Virus record (IMG/VR): IMGVR_UViG_2540341072_000002 | Source: an uncultured virus (IMG/VR IMGVR_UViG_2540341072_000002) | Lineage: Duplodnaviria > Heunggongvirae > Uroviricota > Caudoviricetes | Direction: 5' to 3' (one strand) | DNA: 64,000 nt | In this document: positions 43,141 through 52,697 of the stretch, piece after piece | Layout: each line of letters opens with the position of its first letter | Position numbering within the stretch: the first letter of the stretch is position 1 | The notes under the pieces: generated by a model | Seen by the model: only the letters and a program-made list of their open reading frames with translations | Database searches by the model: none | What the model was told of the DNA's origin: nothing | Made by a program: the position numbers and the translations under genes

Positions 43141-43554
43141 TCAATTAGTATTCATCCATTCATCGAAGCTATAAGGATAATCAACAGTCTCTATAAACCC
43201 TATTTCTTTTGCCTTCTGACGGATTTTCATACATCCTTCATAGCTGTAAGCCCATATTTCTTTATAATCCCTCAGCTCGCCGCATTTCCCTGTTATGATG
43301 AACTTTCTAAAACTGTTGACCAGTTGCCACATGTTGCCTCCATGCGAAAAGCCGTTTGGACTCCCGTATCCCATTTCATACGGATAAACGTCATCACCCG
43401 TGTAATCATCAACGAAGAACAGTTTTTTCTTAAACCTGAAATACGCTATACGATCCTTTGACTTGCGGTAGAATGTACGATGATCAATGCTTGCAATAAG
43501 CTTTATCAGATCATTAATATCGTTCATGCGTTTTATTTGCTCTTGATTTGGCAC
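43141..43554 (-). CDS. yoqU: Hypothetical phage protein
   Basis: AAGGAGGT RBS, GTG start. Confidence 0.75.
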   Translation of the reverse strand: MPNQEQIKRMNDINDLIKLIASIDHRTFYRKSKDRIAYFRFKKKLFFVDDYTGDDVYPYEMGYGSPNGFSHGGNMWQLVNSFRKFIITGKCGELRDYKEIWAYSYEGCMKIRQKAKEIGFIETVDYPYSFDEWMNTN

Positions 43555-43719
43555 TACGGTTACCTCCTTCCATTAAAATAAATATTTTATTTTAAATGCT
43601 ATTTTTCTTTAAACCTTTTTAAATTTCCAAGCTTCATTTCACCTTTATTACTGCAAGCAGGTTGTCATACGCTTGCCATATAAAAGAGACTGGACATTTT
43701 TGTCTCGGAGGTGAAATAA

Positions 43720-43869
43720 ATGGAATTAATCTTAGATTGTTTCGTGAATTGGTCATTTGACAAAATCATGGACTACATCTTAATTGCAGGACTTTATTTT
43801 GTGTTCAAATCGAAATCTAAACAGAATTATCCTGATCACTTCGAAGAAAAACGCCGGCATAGAAATTAA
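43720..43869 (+). CDS. yoqT: 49-aa hydrophobic/basic microprotein
   Basis: Read manually; GGAGGTG RBS. Confidence 0.7.
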   Translation: MELILDCFVNWSFDKIMDYILIAGLYFVFKSKSKQNYPDHFEEKRRHRN

Positions 43870-43877
43870 TACTTTAT

Positions 43878-43914
43878 GATCGTTATCGATACGTGTGCTT
43901 TTTCGATAACGATC
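43878..43914. terminator. Hairpin after yoqT
   Basis: GATCGTTATCGA/TCGATAACGATC stem. Confidence 0.65.
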
Positions 43915-43945
43915 CATCCTAATATGTTTAGTTAAAAACTATCTT

Positions 43946-44293
43946 TTATTCAATCTCTATATTCAACCCAGTTGATCCAACTTTGATTTCCCTCATCTCT
44001 CCAATCTGTGGCATATATAAATGTTTCTTTTCATTAGAAACAATTTCACCCTTCCAACAACCGTTTTGCACAAAGGATTTTGTCCCGATTGGTAAAGTTT
44101 GAAGATCTGCGTTCTCTATGTATTCTCCCTCCTCTCTATAAATATCTCCTTGTTCAGAAATCCTCCTTTTCGAAACTTTAATGTCGATTTTGTAAAGTGA
44201 ATTTTCATCCTCAATCATTAATTTATATAGCCAATCAGTTATTTTTGATTGCTCTTCACTACCGTTAACCATATCGAAAATCTTCCTGTACAT
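43946..44293 (-). CDS. yoqS: Hypothetical phage protein
   Basis: ORF track. Confidence 0.7.
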   Translation of the reverse strand: MYRKIFDMVNGSEEQSKITDWLYKLMIEDENSLYKIDIKVSKRRISEQGDIYREEGEYIENADLQTLPIGTKSFVQNGCWKGEIVSNEKKHLYMPQIGEMREIKVGSTGLNIEIE

Positions 44294-44294
44294 G

Positions 44295-44651
44295 TCATTC
44301 CTCTTCTTTTGAAAAATACTTGTCTACCACTTGTTTTTCTAAGTAAACGACACCGTCTATCAATATGCCTCTATGTATATCTACATCTTCAACAGTAACG
44401 GTTCCGCCTTTCCAGAAGTTATTTAGGCAATCTTCTTTAACAGTTAATGTTTGACCCTTATAATAATCATTCGAATCTTCTTTATTACTATTCAATTCAA
44501 GAATCTGGTCATTAAATTGAATTGTCACACCATCAGCAATTATCTTATCTCGCCCAACTTTACTTAGCGAATCCGCTAAAATAACAAACTCCTGATTATA
44601 TTCTCCTCCATTAACATCCACTGTAATTGAGTATTGATTTCTTTTTTTCAT
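44295..44651 (-). CDS. yoqR: Hypothetical phage protein
   Basis: ORF track. Confidence 0.7.
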
Positions 44652-44952
44652 TGATTTCCCTTCCGACCCCATCAGCTTGTCTAATAGTGTCTAACAACTC
44701 TTTCTTCTTGAAATAGGTCTTTTCCAAACGATTTACTTCCTTTTGCAATTCAGTAGCAGCATCATACTTAACGATCCATTCTCCTACTCCACAGACTTCT
44801 CTTTGTTCTTTCTCAAACGTTTTTATGTGATGGCCTTCAAACCAAACCCTTACTCTTGTTCCGTTTTCAAATTCATTATTAAAAGCAGCTGCTTTCTCAG
44901 TTCCCGCATAAATACATTTATACTTGCTGTCATCGACTACATAAGTGTTCAT
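44611..44952 (-). CDS. yoqP: Hypothetical phage protein
   Basis: ORF track, RBS. Confidence 0.7.
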
Positions 44953-45065
44953 TATCTCCGCTCCTTTAAATCACGATTTTAATTTAACTTTAATGTGTAT
45001 CATCTTGAGAAAATCCCCTTTAATTGGTAAACTCATACTTAACTTACATAAGAGTAGGTGATTCC

Positions 45066-45440
45066 TTGAGTAAAACAATCGGTATTACTGGATTTTTCTT
45101 AAGCATAGTAGTGCAATCATTTTCGGCGAATGATTCGCTATCCCACAAGATCGCTACGGGTTTATTATTTGTATCAATAGCAATTTATAATTTTGACCAC
45201 GCTAAAGATTATTCCAAAGCATCCCTTGTCGTAATATGCCTCACCTTTTTCGTACTTGCCTTGGGTATTCATAAGCTTCTTTCCTTTTCGAGTGACTTAT
45301 TTGACAATGTGAATATAAATTTCGGAGTAATATTCATCCTCCAAATCACATTAATAATTGGATCTGTTGCAATAGCTATCAGTATAATGAAATTTATCTG
45401 TGATCGTCTAAAAAAGAAACCTAACGGTAAAGAGTGTTAA
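45066..45440 (+). CDS. yoqO: Membrane protein (4 TM)
   Basis: Hydrophobic ORF, AGGTGA RBS. Confidence 0.7.
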   Translation: MSKTIGITGFFLSIVVQSFSANDSLSHKIATGLLFVSIAIYNFDHAKDYSKASLVVICLTFFVLALGIHKLLSFSSDLFDNVNINFGVIFILQITLIIGSVAIAISIMKFICDRLKKKPNGKEC

Positions 45441-45456
45441 TTCCTCTTTGCCTTTT

Positions 45457-45675
45457 TTATGCTAAATACTTCTTCTTATGTGGTCTTCTATGTACAAAAT
45501 CAAATGCTATATCAACTTTTGCATTTTCCTTCTCCTCTGCTACTCGCTCCGTAACAACGATTAGTTGTCCATTTTCCTGGCGGTCAATGCTATGGACTGA
45601 ATATCCTTTAGCAGCGTAATATTCTCCGATAATCTCATCAACGTGGTTGCTAAGCAGATTCCTCTTTATCACCAA
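45457..45675 (-). CDS. yoqN: Hypothetical phage protein
   Basis: GGAGGT RBS. Confidence 0.65.
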   Translation of the reverse strand: MVIKRNLLSNHVDEIIGEYYAAKGYSVHSIDRQENGQLIVVTERVAEEKENAKVDIAFDFVHRRPHKKKYLA

Positions 45676-45878
45676 CATAACCTCCACTTATTTTATTTTT
45701 ATTCTATAGTTTTTTATGATTCCATCCTATAATCCATCTCTCCATTTGCCTTCTCATCTATCACGACATTAACCGACACACAATTTCCATATGTATGGGA
45801 GTAATTTCGCTATTTTGCCTTCTTTAAAAACCATATAATGTAATTGCAATACATTAAAAGGAAATGGAGATGGTTCAA

Positions 45879-46157
45879 ATGAAATTAAGAAAAGTATTGA
45901 CTGGTTCTGTTTTATCTCTTGGATTACTCGTTTCTGCTTCTCCTGCATTCGCTACTAGCCCATCTGCTATGGTTAAAGAGAATAACATTGTTCAAGACGA
46001 AATAAGTGTGAAAGAATTGCATACAAAGTATATTTACCATCACAATATTAATGATTTTAAAAATATTGAGAAAGACGAAAACGGTAGAAACTGGTACTTA
46101 AAAGGCATTGAATATAAAGATGGATGGTATGTAGGGAAGTACCAAGCAAATTATTGA
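45879..46157 (+). CDS. yoqM: Secreted peptide with LCI-like antimicrobial C-terminus
   Basis: Signal peptide ending AFA; G..W..K...GWYVG.Y motif. Confidence 0.65.
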   Translation: MKLRKVLTGSVLSLGLLVSASPAFATSPSAMVKENNIVQDEISVKELHTKYIYHHNINDFKNIEKDENGRNWYLKGIEYKDGWYVGKYQANY

Positions 46158-46163
46158 TTTATC

Positions 46164-46190
46164 GAGGGGGTGTTCCCCCCTCTTTCATTT
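46164..46190 (+). terminator. Terminator after yoqM
   Basis: GAGGGGG/CCCCCTC stem plus T tract. Confidence 0.75.
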
Positions 46191-46281
46191 TTAGGAGATT
46201 TTTTGCGCTCAATGTTTTCAAATTCCCCTCTATTTACTTGTGCAAGTATCATTACAGTATCAATTATGTATTTGTTGCAGC

Positions 46282-46974
46282 CTATCCTTTTGTCCTCCAT
46301 TCTGAATCTTGTCGTTCCTCTTTAAAACGATTTAGCCACTCTTTGATCTTTAGTAATCTTTCGGATGAAAAGTTTTTGTTTGATGAGTTGTACCACTCTT
46401 CAAATGCAAAGTCGTGCTTTGAGCTATTGCAAGATTTACAAGCAGGTATGCAGTTGCTTATATCATTAGCCCCTTTGTGATCTACATGCTCTTTATGAAA
46501 ATCACTTTGTATATAGGTTCCTTTGAATAATATCTTATGATCTTCAATTTTCAGCCCGCAATAGGAACACTTGTTGTTAAAATAGTCTTTGCACTTTTGC
46601 CACTGTACATCTGTAATGTTATGTTTCTTGTGAGCATCTCTTTGTAAACGGTAGTTTTTTAATTTTAGCTTGTTCTTTTCTTGCCAGATTTGTTGTGTTT
46701 TTTTCTTTTTCAAACTTGAGTTGTATTTCTTTTTGGCCTCTTTCATCCCTGGAAGAAGATTTCTTTCCCTCATTCGTTCAAGCTGTTTGTCATAATTCTT
46801 CAACATGCTTTCTTTAGCCTTTTTTAATACACAAGCTTTACAGTATGAATGAAGTCCATCCTTATTTTTCTTCACAGAGTAAAAATTCTCTTCAGTTGCC
46901 GGTAACCAGCTTTTACAACTTATACAATTCTTGTGATAATATCCGTTTATTATTTTATGCTTTTTACTATCAAT
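46282..46974 (-). CDS. yoqL: HNH endonuclease (230 aa, ATT start)
   Basis: CSYCG...EHVD..G..DISNCIPACKSCNSSK; frame open upstream to ATT after AGGTG. Confidence 0.85.
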   Translation of the reverse strand: MDSKKHKIINGYYHKNCISCKSWLPATEENFYSVKKNKDGLHSYCKACVLKKAKESMLKNYDKQLERMRERNLLPGMKEAKKKYNSSLKKKKTQQIWQEKNKLKLKNYRLQRDAHKKHNITDVQWQKCKDYFNNKCSYCGLKIEDHKILFKGTYIQSDFHKEHVDHKGANDISNCIPACKSCNSSKHDFAFEEWYNSSNKNFSSERLLKIKEWLNRFKEERQDSEWRTKG

Positions 46975-47013
46975 TAATTTTTCACCTATATTAATTGCCC
47001 CCTGCTCTTTAGT

Positions 47014-47217
47014 CTATCTGTTAAACACATAATCATCAGTTAATTCCCTCTTGAATCGATAAAACTGTTTTATTTGATTTAGATCAATCCCAACCCAGCA
47101 ATTGTCCACCATCCACCCTTTTGGTTTTAATTCACTTACGAAATGCTTTCTGGCTTCAATATCATCAGAATATATGTACAATCGTTCTTCATATGTTCTT
47201 TCTTCTATTAGTTTCAG
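47014..47217 (-). CDS. yoqK: Hypothetical 67-aa protein (CTG or nearby GTG start)
   Basis: Read manually; AAGGAGAGGTG RBS. Confidence 0.6.
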   Translation of the reverse strand: MKLIEERTYEERLYIYSDDIEARKHFVSELKPKGWMVDNCWVGIDLNQIKQFYRFKRELTDDYVFNR

Positions 47218-47236
47218 AAAAGTTCACCTCTCCTTA

Positions 47237-47863
47237 TCATCCAACAAAATACGTAATATCTAATTCAAAATTAAAATCAGGATGAAGTCTCCATAGCTGA
47301 TGTCCTAAGTAAGTTTTCTTGGCGTAATTTAAGCAGTTTCTTGTACCACTTTTACTTCCATCATAAACAGCTACTATTGCCTCACTGTGATCAATCATGT
47401 ATTCATTTCGCTTTTGCATCTTAGCTGGCGAAAACTCTCCTGGTTTCTCTCCACTAACTTTATATTTATCTAATTCTTCAACATTAATAATCTCATCTGC
47501 TACATTAAGCATACGTTTGTACCACATTTTTTGGTCTGCAGACCAAACTTTATCTTGTTCTTTGAAAGGTGTGGCAATTATGTTTTTGATATGAGGGTGT
47601 TTCTTCTTTAGAATATGCACACACCAACAAGCAGCCTGATCAGTTCCTAACGCTCCTCCAGTTATAAACCTATACTTGTTTTCCTTAGTGATTAATTCTT
47701 CAATTACTGCAAGCAGCTTATCTTTGAGTTTAAGCATTGTTGGATTTTTCATATCGTATCCACCCAATTTGTTCGGCCTATGACCAGTGAAGCACACAGT
47801 TTTCTTTCTTATAGACTCCTTTTCTTGATATATCCGCTCACGTTCATTTCTCTCAATTTCCAT
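47237..47863 (-). CDS. yoqJ: SLOG-superfamily (YspA/DUF1273-like) protein
   Basis: FTGHRP, GGALGTD, RNEYMID, SGT. Confidence 0.85.
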   Translation of the reverse strand: MEIERNERERIYQEKESIRKKTVCFTGHRPNKLGGYDMKNPTMLKLKDKLLAVIEELITKENKYRFITGGALGTDQAACWCVHILKKKHPHIKNIIATPFKEQDKVWSADQKMWYKRMLNVADEIINVEELDKYKVSGEKPGEFSPAKMQKRNEYMIDHSEAIVAVYDGSKSGTRNCLNYAKKTYLGHQLWRLHPDFNFELDITYFVG

Positions 47864-47962
47864 CTGCTTAATATATTCTGGATCACTAAGTTTTTTGAAA
47901 TTGACTATCGGTTCTCACCCTTTCTTTAAAACAGTCTTTTTATTCAACCATTATTAACAGAC

Positions 47963-48157
47963 CTATTCATACTCAACAATGACTTCATGGTTATCTACAA
48001 ATAGATCATTCCCATTTGATAAGTGTACCCAGAAAGCTTCTTCTGGTTCTTCTCTATAGTCATAAATAGCAATTACCTTTGTATTTGATTCATCATTTAT
48101 CGGTTTACCTACAGTTATTTTTGTGTTTTCTTCAGGTAAAATAATCGATTTAATCAT
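47963..48157 (-). CDS. yoqI: Hypothetical phage protein
   Basis: ORF track. Confidence 0.6.
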   Translation of the reverse strand: MIKSIILPEENTKITVGKPINDESNTKVIAIYDYREEPEEAFWVHLSNGNDLFVDNHEVIVEYE

Positions 48158-48205
48158 TTACATCAATCCAATCCAAGTTTGTTTTACACTGTTGCCCCAA
48201 GACAT

Positions 48206-48658
48206 TCAATAACAGGACTCAATATTTTTCGTTAATATACTTGGCCCCAACTTTTGTGTGCTAGAATTTGACAGACGCACTTGCACTTTAACATTCTTCA
48301 TTTCGGCCGAAATTGTGTCAATTCTTCCCGCCCAACTAGGACTCTCTTCCTCAGGAGTAGGATAAAGTTTAAACCGCCAACTAATCTCACCTGGTTTAGT
48401 AGCAAATCCTTCGTAACTGTCGTAATTTCCAAAAGAAGAAGGTGCAGGAAGATGGACAGCAAGAATACTTATATTGGTTCTGGCAGCACTCGGTGGGTTC
48501 AATTGCACCTTATAGATTAATGCTACACCTTTAGCATTTTTAAGATTTTTATCTACCGGCTCCAGTATTACACTGCAAGGCATTGGACTGGCGTTTGTTT
48601 GAATGGGATAGGCAACAATAATACTTAAAAAGGATAAAACTAAAATAAATCGTTTCAT
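48206..48658 (-). CDS. yoqH: Secreted hypothetical protein
   Basis: N-terminal signal peptide. Confidence 0.75.
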   Translation of the reverse strand: MKRFILVLSFLSIIVAYPIQTNASPMPCSVILEPVDKNLKNAKGVALIYKVQLNPPSAARTNISILAVHLPAPSSFGNYDSYEGFATKPGEISWRFKLYPTPEEESPSWAGRIDTISAEMKNVKVQVRLSNSSTQKLGPSILTKNIESCY

Positions 48659-48740
48659 TGAAAATTCCTCACAATTTTTTTAGTTAATTTCCCTTATTTC
48701 TGGATTGATTATTCATTTGTATTTGATTAAAACTTCAATT

Positions 48741-48998
48741 TTATTTTGATTTAATCTCAACAATTAGACTGTCAGGATAGTTTTTCAAATCAAGTGCGTT
48801 TACATGACAGTGACCTACATATCCTTCTTTATCAACGTAATTATAATAAAACTTTTCCCCATTATTAATGATAACTTCGCCATTATGTGTATACTCCATC
48901 TCTGTTCCTTTATACCAAGTTACTTGAACTTTTGTGCCAGGTTTGATTTTATTTAAATCAAATATTGTTATTTCTTTTAGCAGGTTCATTTTCTCCAT
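48741..48998 (-). CDS. yoqG: Hypothetical phage protein
   Basis: ORF track, RBS. Confidence 0.7.
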   Translation of the reverse strand: MEKMNLLKEITIFDLNKIKPGTKVQVTWYKGTEMEYTHNGEVIINNGEKFYYNYVDKEGYVGHCHVNALDLKNYPDSLIVEIKSK

Positions 48999-49042
48999 TT
49001 TTATTCCCCCGATTCTCATTAAACTTCAATTAGACTCTGTTT

Positions 49043-49246
49043 TTAATCCCAATTAAAATGTTTGGGTCTAGCGACAAATTCGTAGTTCTCCTCCCAATCA
49101 AATTGTCTCAAACCATCTTCTTCAAATTCCCAGCATTCGCCGAGTAAAGGATCGTCTAATTCAGGAACTCTTTTTTTTAAAGTTCGAAGTTTGTTGAGAT
49201 GACTAGCTGTTTTAAATTTAACTTTATCCATTGGTGCAAATTTCAT
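49043..49246 (-). CDS. yoqF: Hypothetical phage protein
   Basis: ORF track. Confidence 0.6.
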   Translation of the reverse strand: MKFAPMDKVKFKTASHLNKLRTLKKRVPELDDPLLGECWEFEEDGLRQFDWEENYEFVARPKHFNWD

Positions 49247-49254
49247 TTTTCCAT

Positions 49255-49419
49255 CTACTTTCTTTTAATTTTTCTTATTTCAAAACGCCATTTGTATGCA
49301 TCTGTACCAATTCGATTGAATAGCTCTTTTCTTGCTTTTGTTTTTGAAGGCTCCTCAATTCCAAAGCAAAACTTTCGTGATCTAGTACTGTAAACTCCGT
49401 ATAAAACATTATTCTCCAT
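49255..49419 (-). CDS. yoqE: Hypothetical phage protein
   Basis: GGAGG RBS before MENN. Confidence 0.65.
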   Translation of the reverse strand: MENNVLYGVYSTRSRKFCFGIEEPSKTKARKELFNRIGTDAYKWRFEIRKIKRK

Positions 49420-49472
49420 CTTCCATCCTCCGATTCTCTTTAAAATTTTACTTTTATCTAAAGTTTTCAAAT

Positions 49473-50228
49473 CTATGATGCTATTTCTCTTTTGTGCCCA
49501 TGTTTCTTTAGAAGATCAACAATAAAATCGGCACCTTTAGGAGTAACAAGAGTAATTGTTTTAATTCCAACACTTGTCTCCTGGGTCTTCACTTGAAAGA
49601 ATCCTCTTTCTACATATTTTTGATATGGGGCGTTTTTGTTTGTTCCATCAATAAGAACTTTATTTTCCCTCAAAAAGCGAAATAAATTGTTTTGGCCCAT
49701 TCCTTTTATGCCAATTGCTTTTGCCACTTGTCCTATTTTCATTAATCCATCTGTATTAAGAAAGCGATCATATTTCTCCACTTTTGGTTCAGCCAATGTT
49801 AATTGCTCCTGCAATTCTCGTTTTGCTTTTCTTTCAGTGAAATAAGCAATGGCACGTTCATCTTCATTCATATCTAGATATGTATCAATTAGGGACGGTC
49901 TTGCTTTTAACGCCTTCTCCATTTCTTCAAATTTAGAAACATATTGAGCTGTGAATAATACCCCTTTAGCACCAGTCATTTTATTAGCAACCATATCGCA
50001 TCCTTTTCGGGTTAAATGGAAATGCTTCAATGAGCGACCAGTTGCATCTTTATATGTACTTTCTAAGAAAAATTCCACTGAACGCAATTTTGCGTTTAGT
50101 AAGATCGCTACATATCCATCAATACTTCTAAGTAAATCTGTATGTCTCTTACCTACCATCTCTGCCACTTCACGGCTGTCAACCAAAAGCTGTCCATTCT
50201 GTTCAATTACTGTTAGATAACTTTCCAT
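49473..50228 (-). CDS. yoqD: Rha-family / ANT(KilAC) antirepressor
   Basis: DSREVAEMVGKRH, EPKVEKYD, PYQKYVERG, VTPKG. Confidence 0.9.
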   Translation of the reverse strand: MESYLTVIEQNGQLLVDSREVAEMVGKRHTDLLRSIDGYVAILLNAKLRSVEFFLESTYKDATGRSLKHFHLTRKGCDMVANKMTGAKGVLFTAQYVSKFEEMEKALKARPSLIDTYLDMNEDERAIAYFTERKAKRELQEQLTLAEPKVEKYDRFLNTDGLMKIGQVAKAIGIKGMGQNNLFRFLRENKVLIDGTNKNAPYQKYVERGFFQVKTQETSVGIKTITLVTPKGADFIVDLLKKHGHKREIAS

Positions 50229-50268
50229 TAAATACCTCCGTCTCATTTAATTTAAAATGCATCTTTTA

Positions 50269-50676
50269 TCACTTCTTTGCAGCATAGCTCTCAAAGAATT
50301 CTTCAACTGATCTTAGATAACGGTATTTATTTGGATCTTCTGGGTTTCTGAATCTCTTCGATAACACCAATGACCAATTAAACATCAATGGGGAAAATCT
50401 TGCCCATTTGCTAAAGCTTAACTGTAGGCCTTTCCATTCCCTACCCGCTAGTTCTGCTAATTCTAGAATCTGATCTTCTTTTATGTTCACTTCGTCTTCA
50501 AACATCACTTGAATTTCTTCGTATGGTTTATGCCCAAAACAACAGTGGCGTGTTTTTAATCCAATTTTGAAATTTAAAATATCAATTAAATGAATCATTT
50601 GTGTATCAAGTTCATCATATGGGATACCATTTCGGATGAATTTTTCTCTTTGGTTTGTTTTCACATTAACCTCCAA
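50269..50676 (-). CDS. yoqC: Hypothetical phage protein
   Basis: ORF track. Confidence 0.7.
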
Positions 50677-50682
50677 TAACAG

Positions 50683-51021
50683 TTACACCTCCTGGCCACT
50701 CCACGCTTCAAATTTTTCTATTGCAGCCTTTTGTTTATTTTCATGATTAATTTGCTCCTTTATGGAGTTTTCATAGTTAATAACTTCATTGATTGCCATC
50801 TGTATGTAATCGTAATCCCACTTTTCTTCGAAATAACTCGGAGCGAAGTCTCCTTCTCTTGTAAGACACTTGAATTTTTCTTTCCTGAAAAAACCGCGCA
50901 CCTTTTTATATAAAGATACTTTGACAAAACCTTTTGAGTGTCTATCGTTATAAATGCTAACGGCATACTCATTCCCTTCAACTGATGTCACGGGATATTT
51001 GTGCAAATGAAATTCCTTCAT
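50683..51021 (-). CDS. yoqB: Hypothetical phage protein
   Basis: ORF track, coupled. Confidence 0.7.
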   Translation of the reverse strand: MKEFHLHKYPVTSVEGNEYAVSIYNDRHSKGFVKVSLYKKVRGFFRKEKFKCLTREGDFAPSYFEEKWDYDYIQMAINEVINYENSIKEQINHENKQKAAIEKFEAWSGQEV

Positions 51022-51368
51022 TCCACGTCCTCCTCATAAAGTCGTTTGTATCTTTGAACTGCTTTTCCTTTCGAATATAAAAATTCAGGTTTATATAAGA
51101 TTAAAACCGGTAGTTTGTCTATGGTCAGAACAGTGTTGTCGTCCTTATCTACGACTAATTCAGCCCGTTCAATTGTTTCCTCCAACGGTACGTTACAGTG
51201 TTCAAATGCTTTTTTAATCTCTGCATCGAAAACCCGTTTCTGTTCATCAAACGTCTTCCAAATATCATTTTGCCAGCCTTCAATAGGTGCAGAATTAACC
51301 GGAAATGATTCTCCATCCGGCGTAATCATTCGGAACTTCAATTCGTTGTTATCTATTTCCTCCATCAC
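51018..51368 (-). CDS. yoqA: Hypothetical phage protein
   Basis: ORF track, RBS. Confidence 0.7.
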   Translation of the reverse strand: MMEEIDNNELKFRMITPDGESFPVNSAPIEGWQNDIWKTFDEQKRVFDAEIKKAFEHCNVPLEETIERAELVVDKDDNTVLTIDKLPVLILYKPEFLYSKGKAVQRYKRLYEEDVE

Positions 51369-51380
51369 TCAACGCCCTCC

Positions 51381-51584
51381 TTATCCCCAAAGGTATTTTA
51401 TAGCACTAACAATTCCATAAACGATCCAGGATGAAGCGAAAAACAACAGTCTCCAATTTTGAGTGACGATCTGTTTGTTCTGACATTCGACCGTCTGCCC
51501 TAATTCCTCATTCCTGCGACGCAATTCCTTATTTTCTTTTTCGATAACGTCGATCTGTGCCTGTAATTGCATTTCACTTGTCAC
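51381..51584 (-). CDS. yopZ: Coiled-coil protein with C-terminal TM
   Basis: ORF track. Confidence 0.7.
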   Translation of the reverse strand: MTSEMQLQAQIDVIEKENKELRRRNEELGQTVECQNKQIVTQNWRLLFFASSWIVYGIVSAIKYLWG

Positions 51585-51597
51585 TCCGCGCCCTCCT

Positions 51598-51876
51598 TTA
51601 CTCTTTCCATTGGAACCCGATATTTAAATTCACCTGTTTCGGACTTAATATCTTAATTCGGCTCCAATCTTCAAACAAACTTTTCAAATCGTTCTTTGTT
51701 GATACAGTTTTAACATGGAACGTCTCTAAATCGATTAAATGTATCTTATTTCTATTTGTAACATCCATTTTCACAATCCAAACATCGTCATTTCTTAAAA
51801 TGAAGTATCCATCTTGGATATCATTAATTGATAACCCTTTGCGCTTCTCTTGTTTTACTTTCAAATTGATTGTCAT
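51598..51876 (-). CDS. yopY: Hypothetical phage protein
   Basis: ORF track. Confidence 0.7.
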   Translation of the reverse strand: MTINLKVKQEKRKGLSINDIQDGYFILRNDDVWIVKMDVTNRNKIHLIDLETFHVKTVSTKNDLKSLFEDWSRIKILSPKQVNLNIGFQWKE

Positions 51877-52277
51877 TTCACACCCTCCAATAACTCAGGA
51901 TTTTGATAAACGTCTCCGATTACTTCAATAGTTGCATATTCCACCCACCCGACGGCAGTCACGTCATAATCAGCGGAAATTTTTGATACATCTACTTGGA
52001 AAACGCCATCTGAAAACTTAACTTCGCAAACATCTGATGATTCTTTATCATCACTCGTTATTTTTACTATAGACCTATCATAAATAAATTTGCCTCTTAC
52101 CTTTGCTCCCCACATGAGAGCCGCGTTTCTATTCGTGCTGTCTACAACCGGAACCAAAACATCTGTGTATAAACGTTTCAAAGTCCAATCGCCGTTGCTT
52201 TTGATGATAAGGCTCAAACCTTCATCATCCCAATAATGCATCTGCTCGCCGTCCCAAACTCTGTATGCTGTGTTCAT
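51873..52277 (-). CDS. yopX: YopX-family protein
   Basis: YRVWD...EVIGDVYQNPELL signature. Confidence 0.88.
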   Translation of the reverse strand: MNTAYRVWDGEQMHYWDDEGLSLIIKSNGDWTLKRLYTDVLVPVVDSTNRNAALMWGAKVRGKFIYDRSIVKITSDDKESSDVCEVKFSDGVFQVDVSKISADYDVTAVGWVEYATIEVIGDVYQNPELLEGVK

Positions 52278-52609
52278 TCAACTGGATCCTCCTCATCCGT
52301 ATTTATGATTGCTCCAATTAGCTTAGTTAAATGAATCACTTGATCTTTATTTACAGCTGTGATTGCACCATACGGATGCTCTATGAAACATACTTCATTA
52401 TTTTCATTGGTATATAAAGTACAATTACATGTAGTACACACATAATTTTCGTTAATCGTTTGGTCTGCTAAATTAATTAAAGACCCTTCATCATGATCCA
52501 GCACTTCAATTTTCTTACCTTCTTCATAATCACTGATTTCAAGTTTTAACTCACCGAAAAACACTAATGGTTTAAGACAGAGCTTCAATTCATCTAATGA
52601 TAATTCCAA
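52274..52609 (-). CDS. yopW: Hypothetical phage protein
   Basis: ORF track, RBS. Confidence 0.7.
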   Translation of the reverse strand: MELSLDELKLCLKPLVFFGELKLEISDYEEGKKIEVLDHDEGSLINLADQTINENYVCTTCNCTLYTNENNEVCFIEHPYGAITAVNKDQVIHLTKLIGAIINTDEEDPVE

Positions 52610-52697
52610 GTGATATCCCCCTCCAATTCGAATCTCGATGAAACTTACATTTTATCCACTAATTTTAATTTTGTTACCTTAGTGAAAATTACACAAT

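Noticed and set aside
47060..47072. TAAAA-N3-TTTTA resembling the 28-bp site
   Set aside because: Wrong spacer length and inside the yoqK coding sequence.
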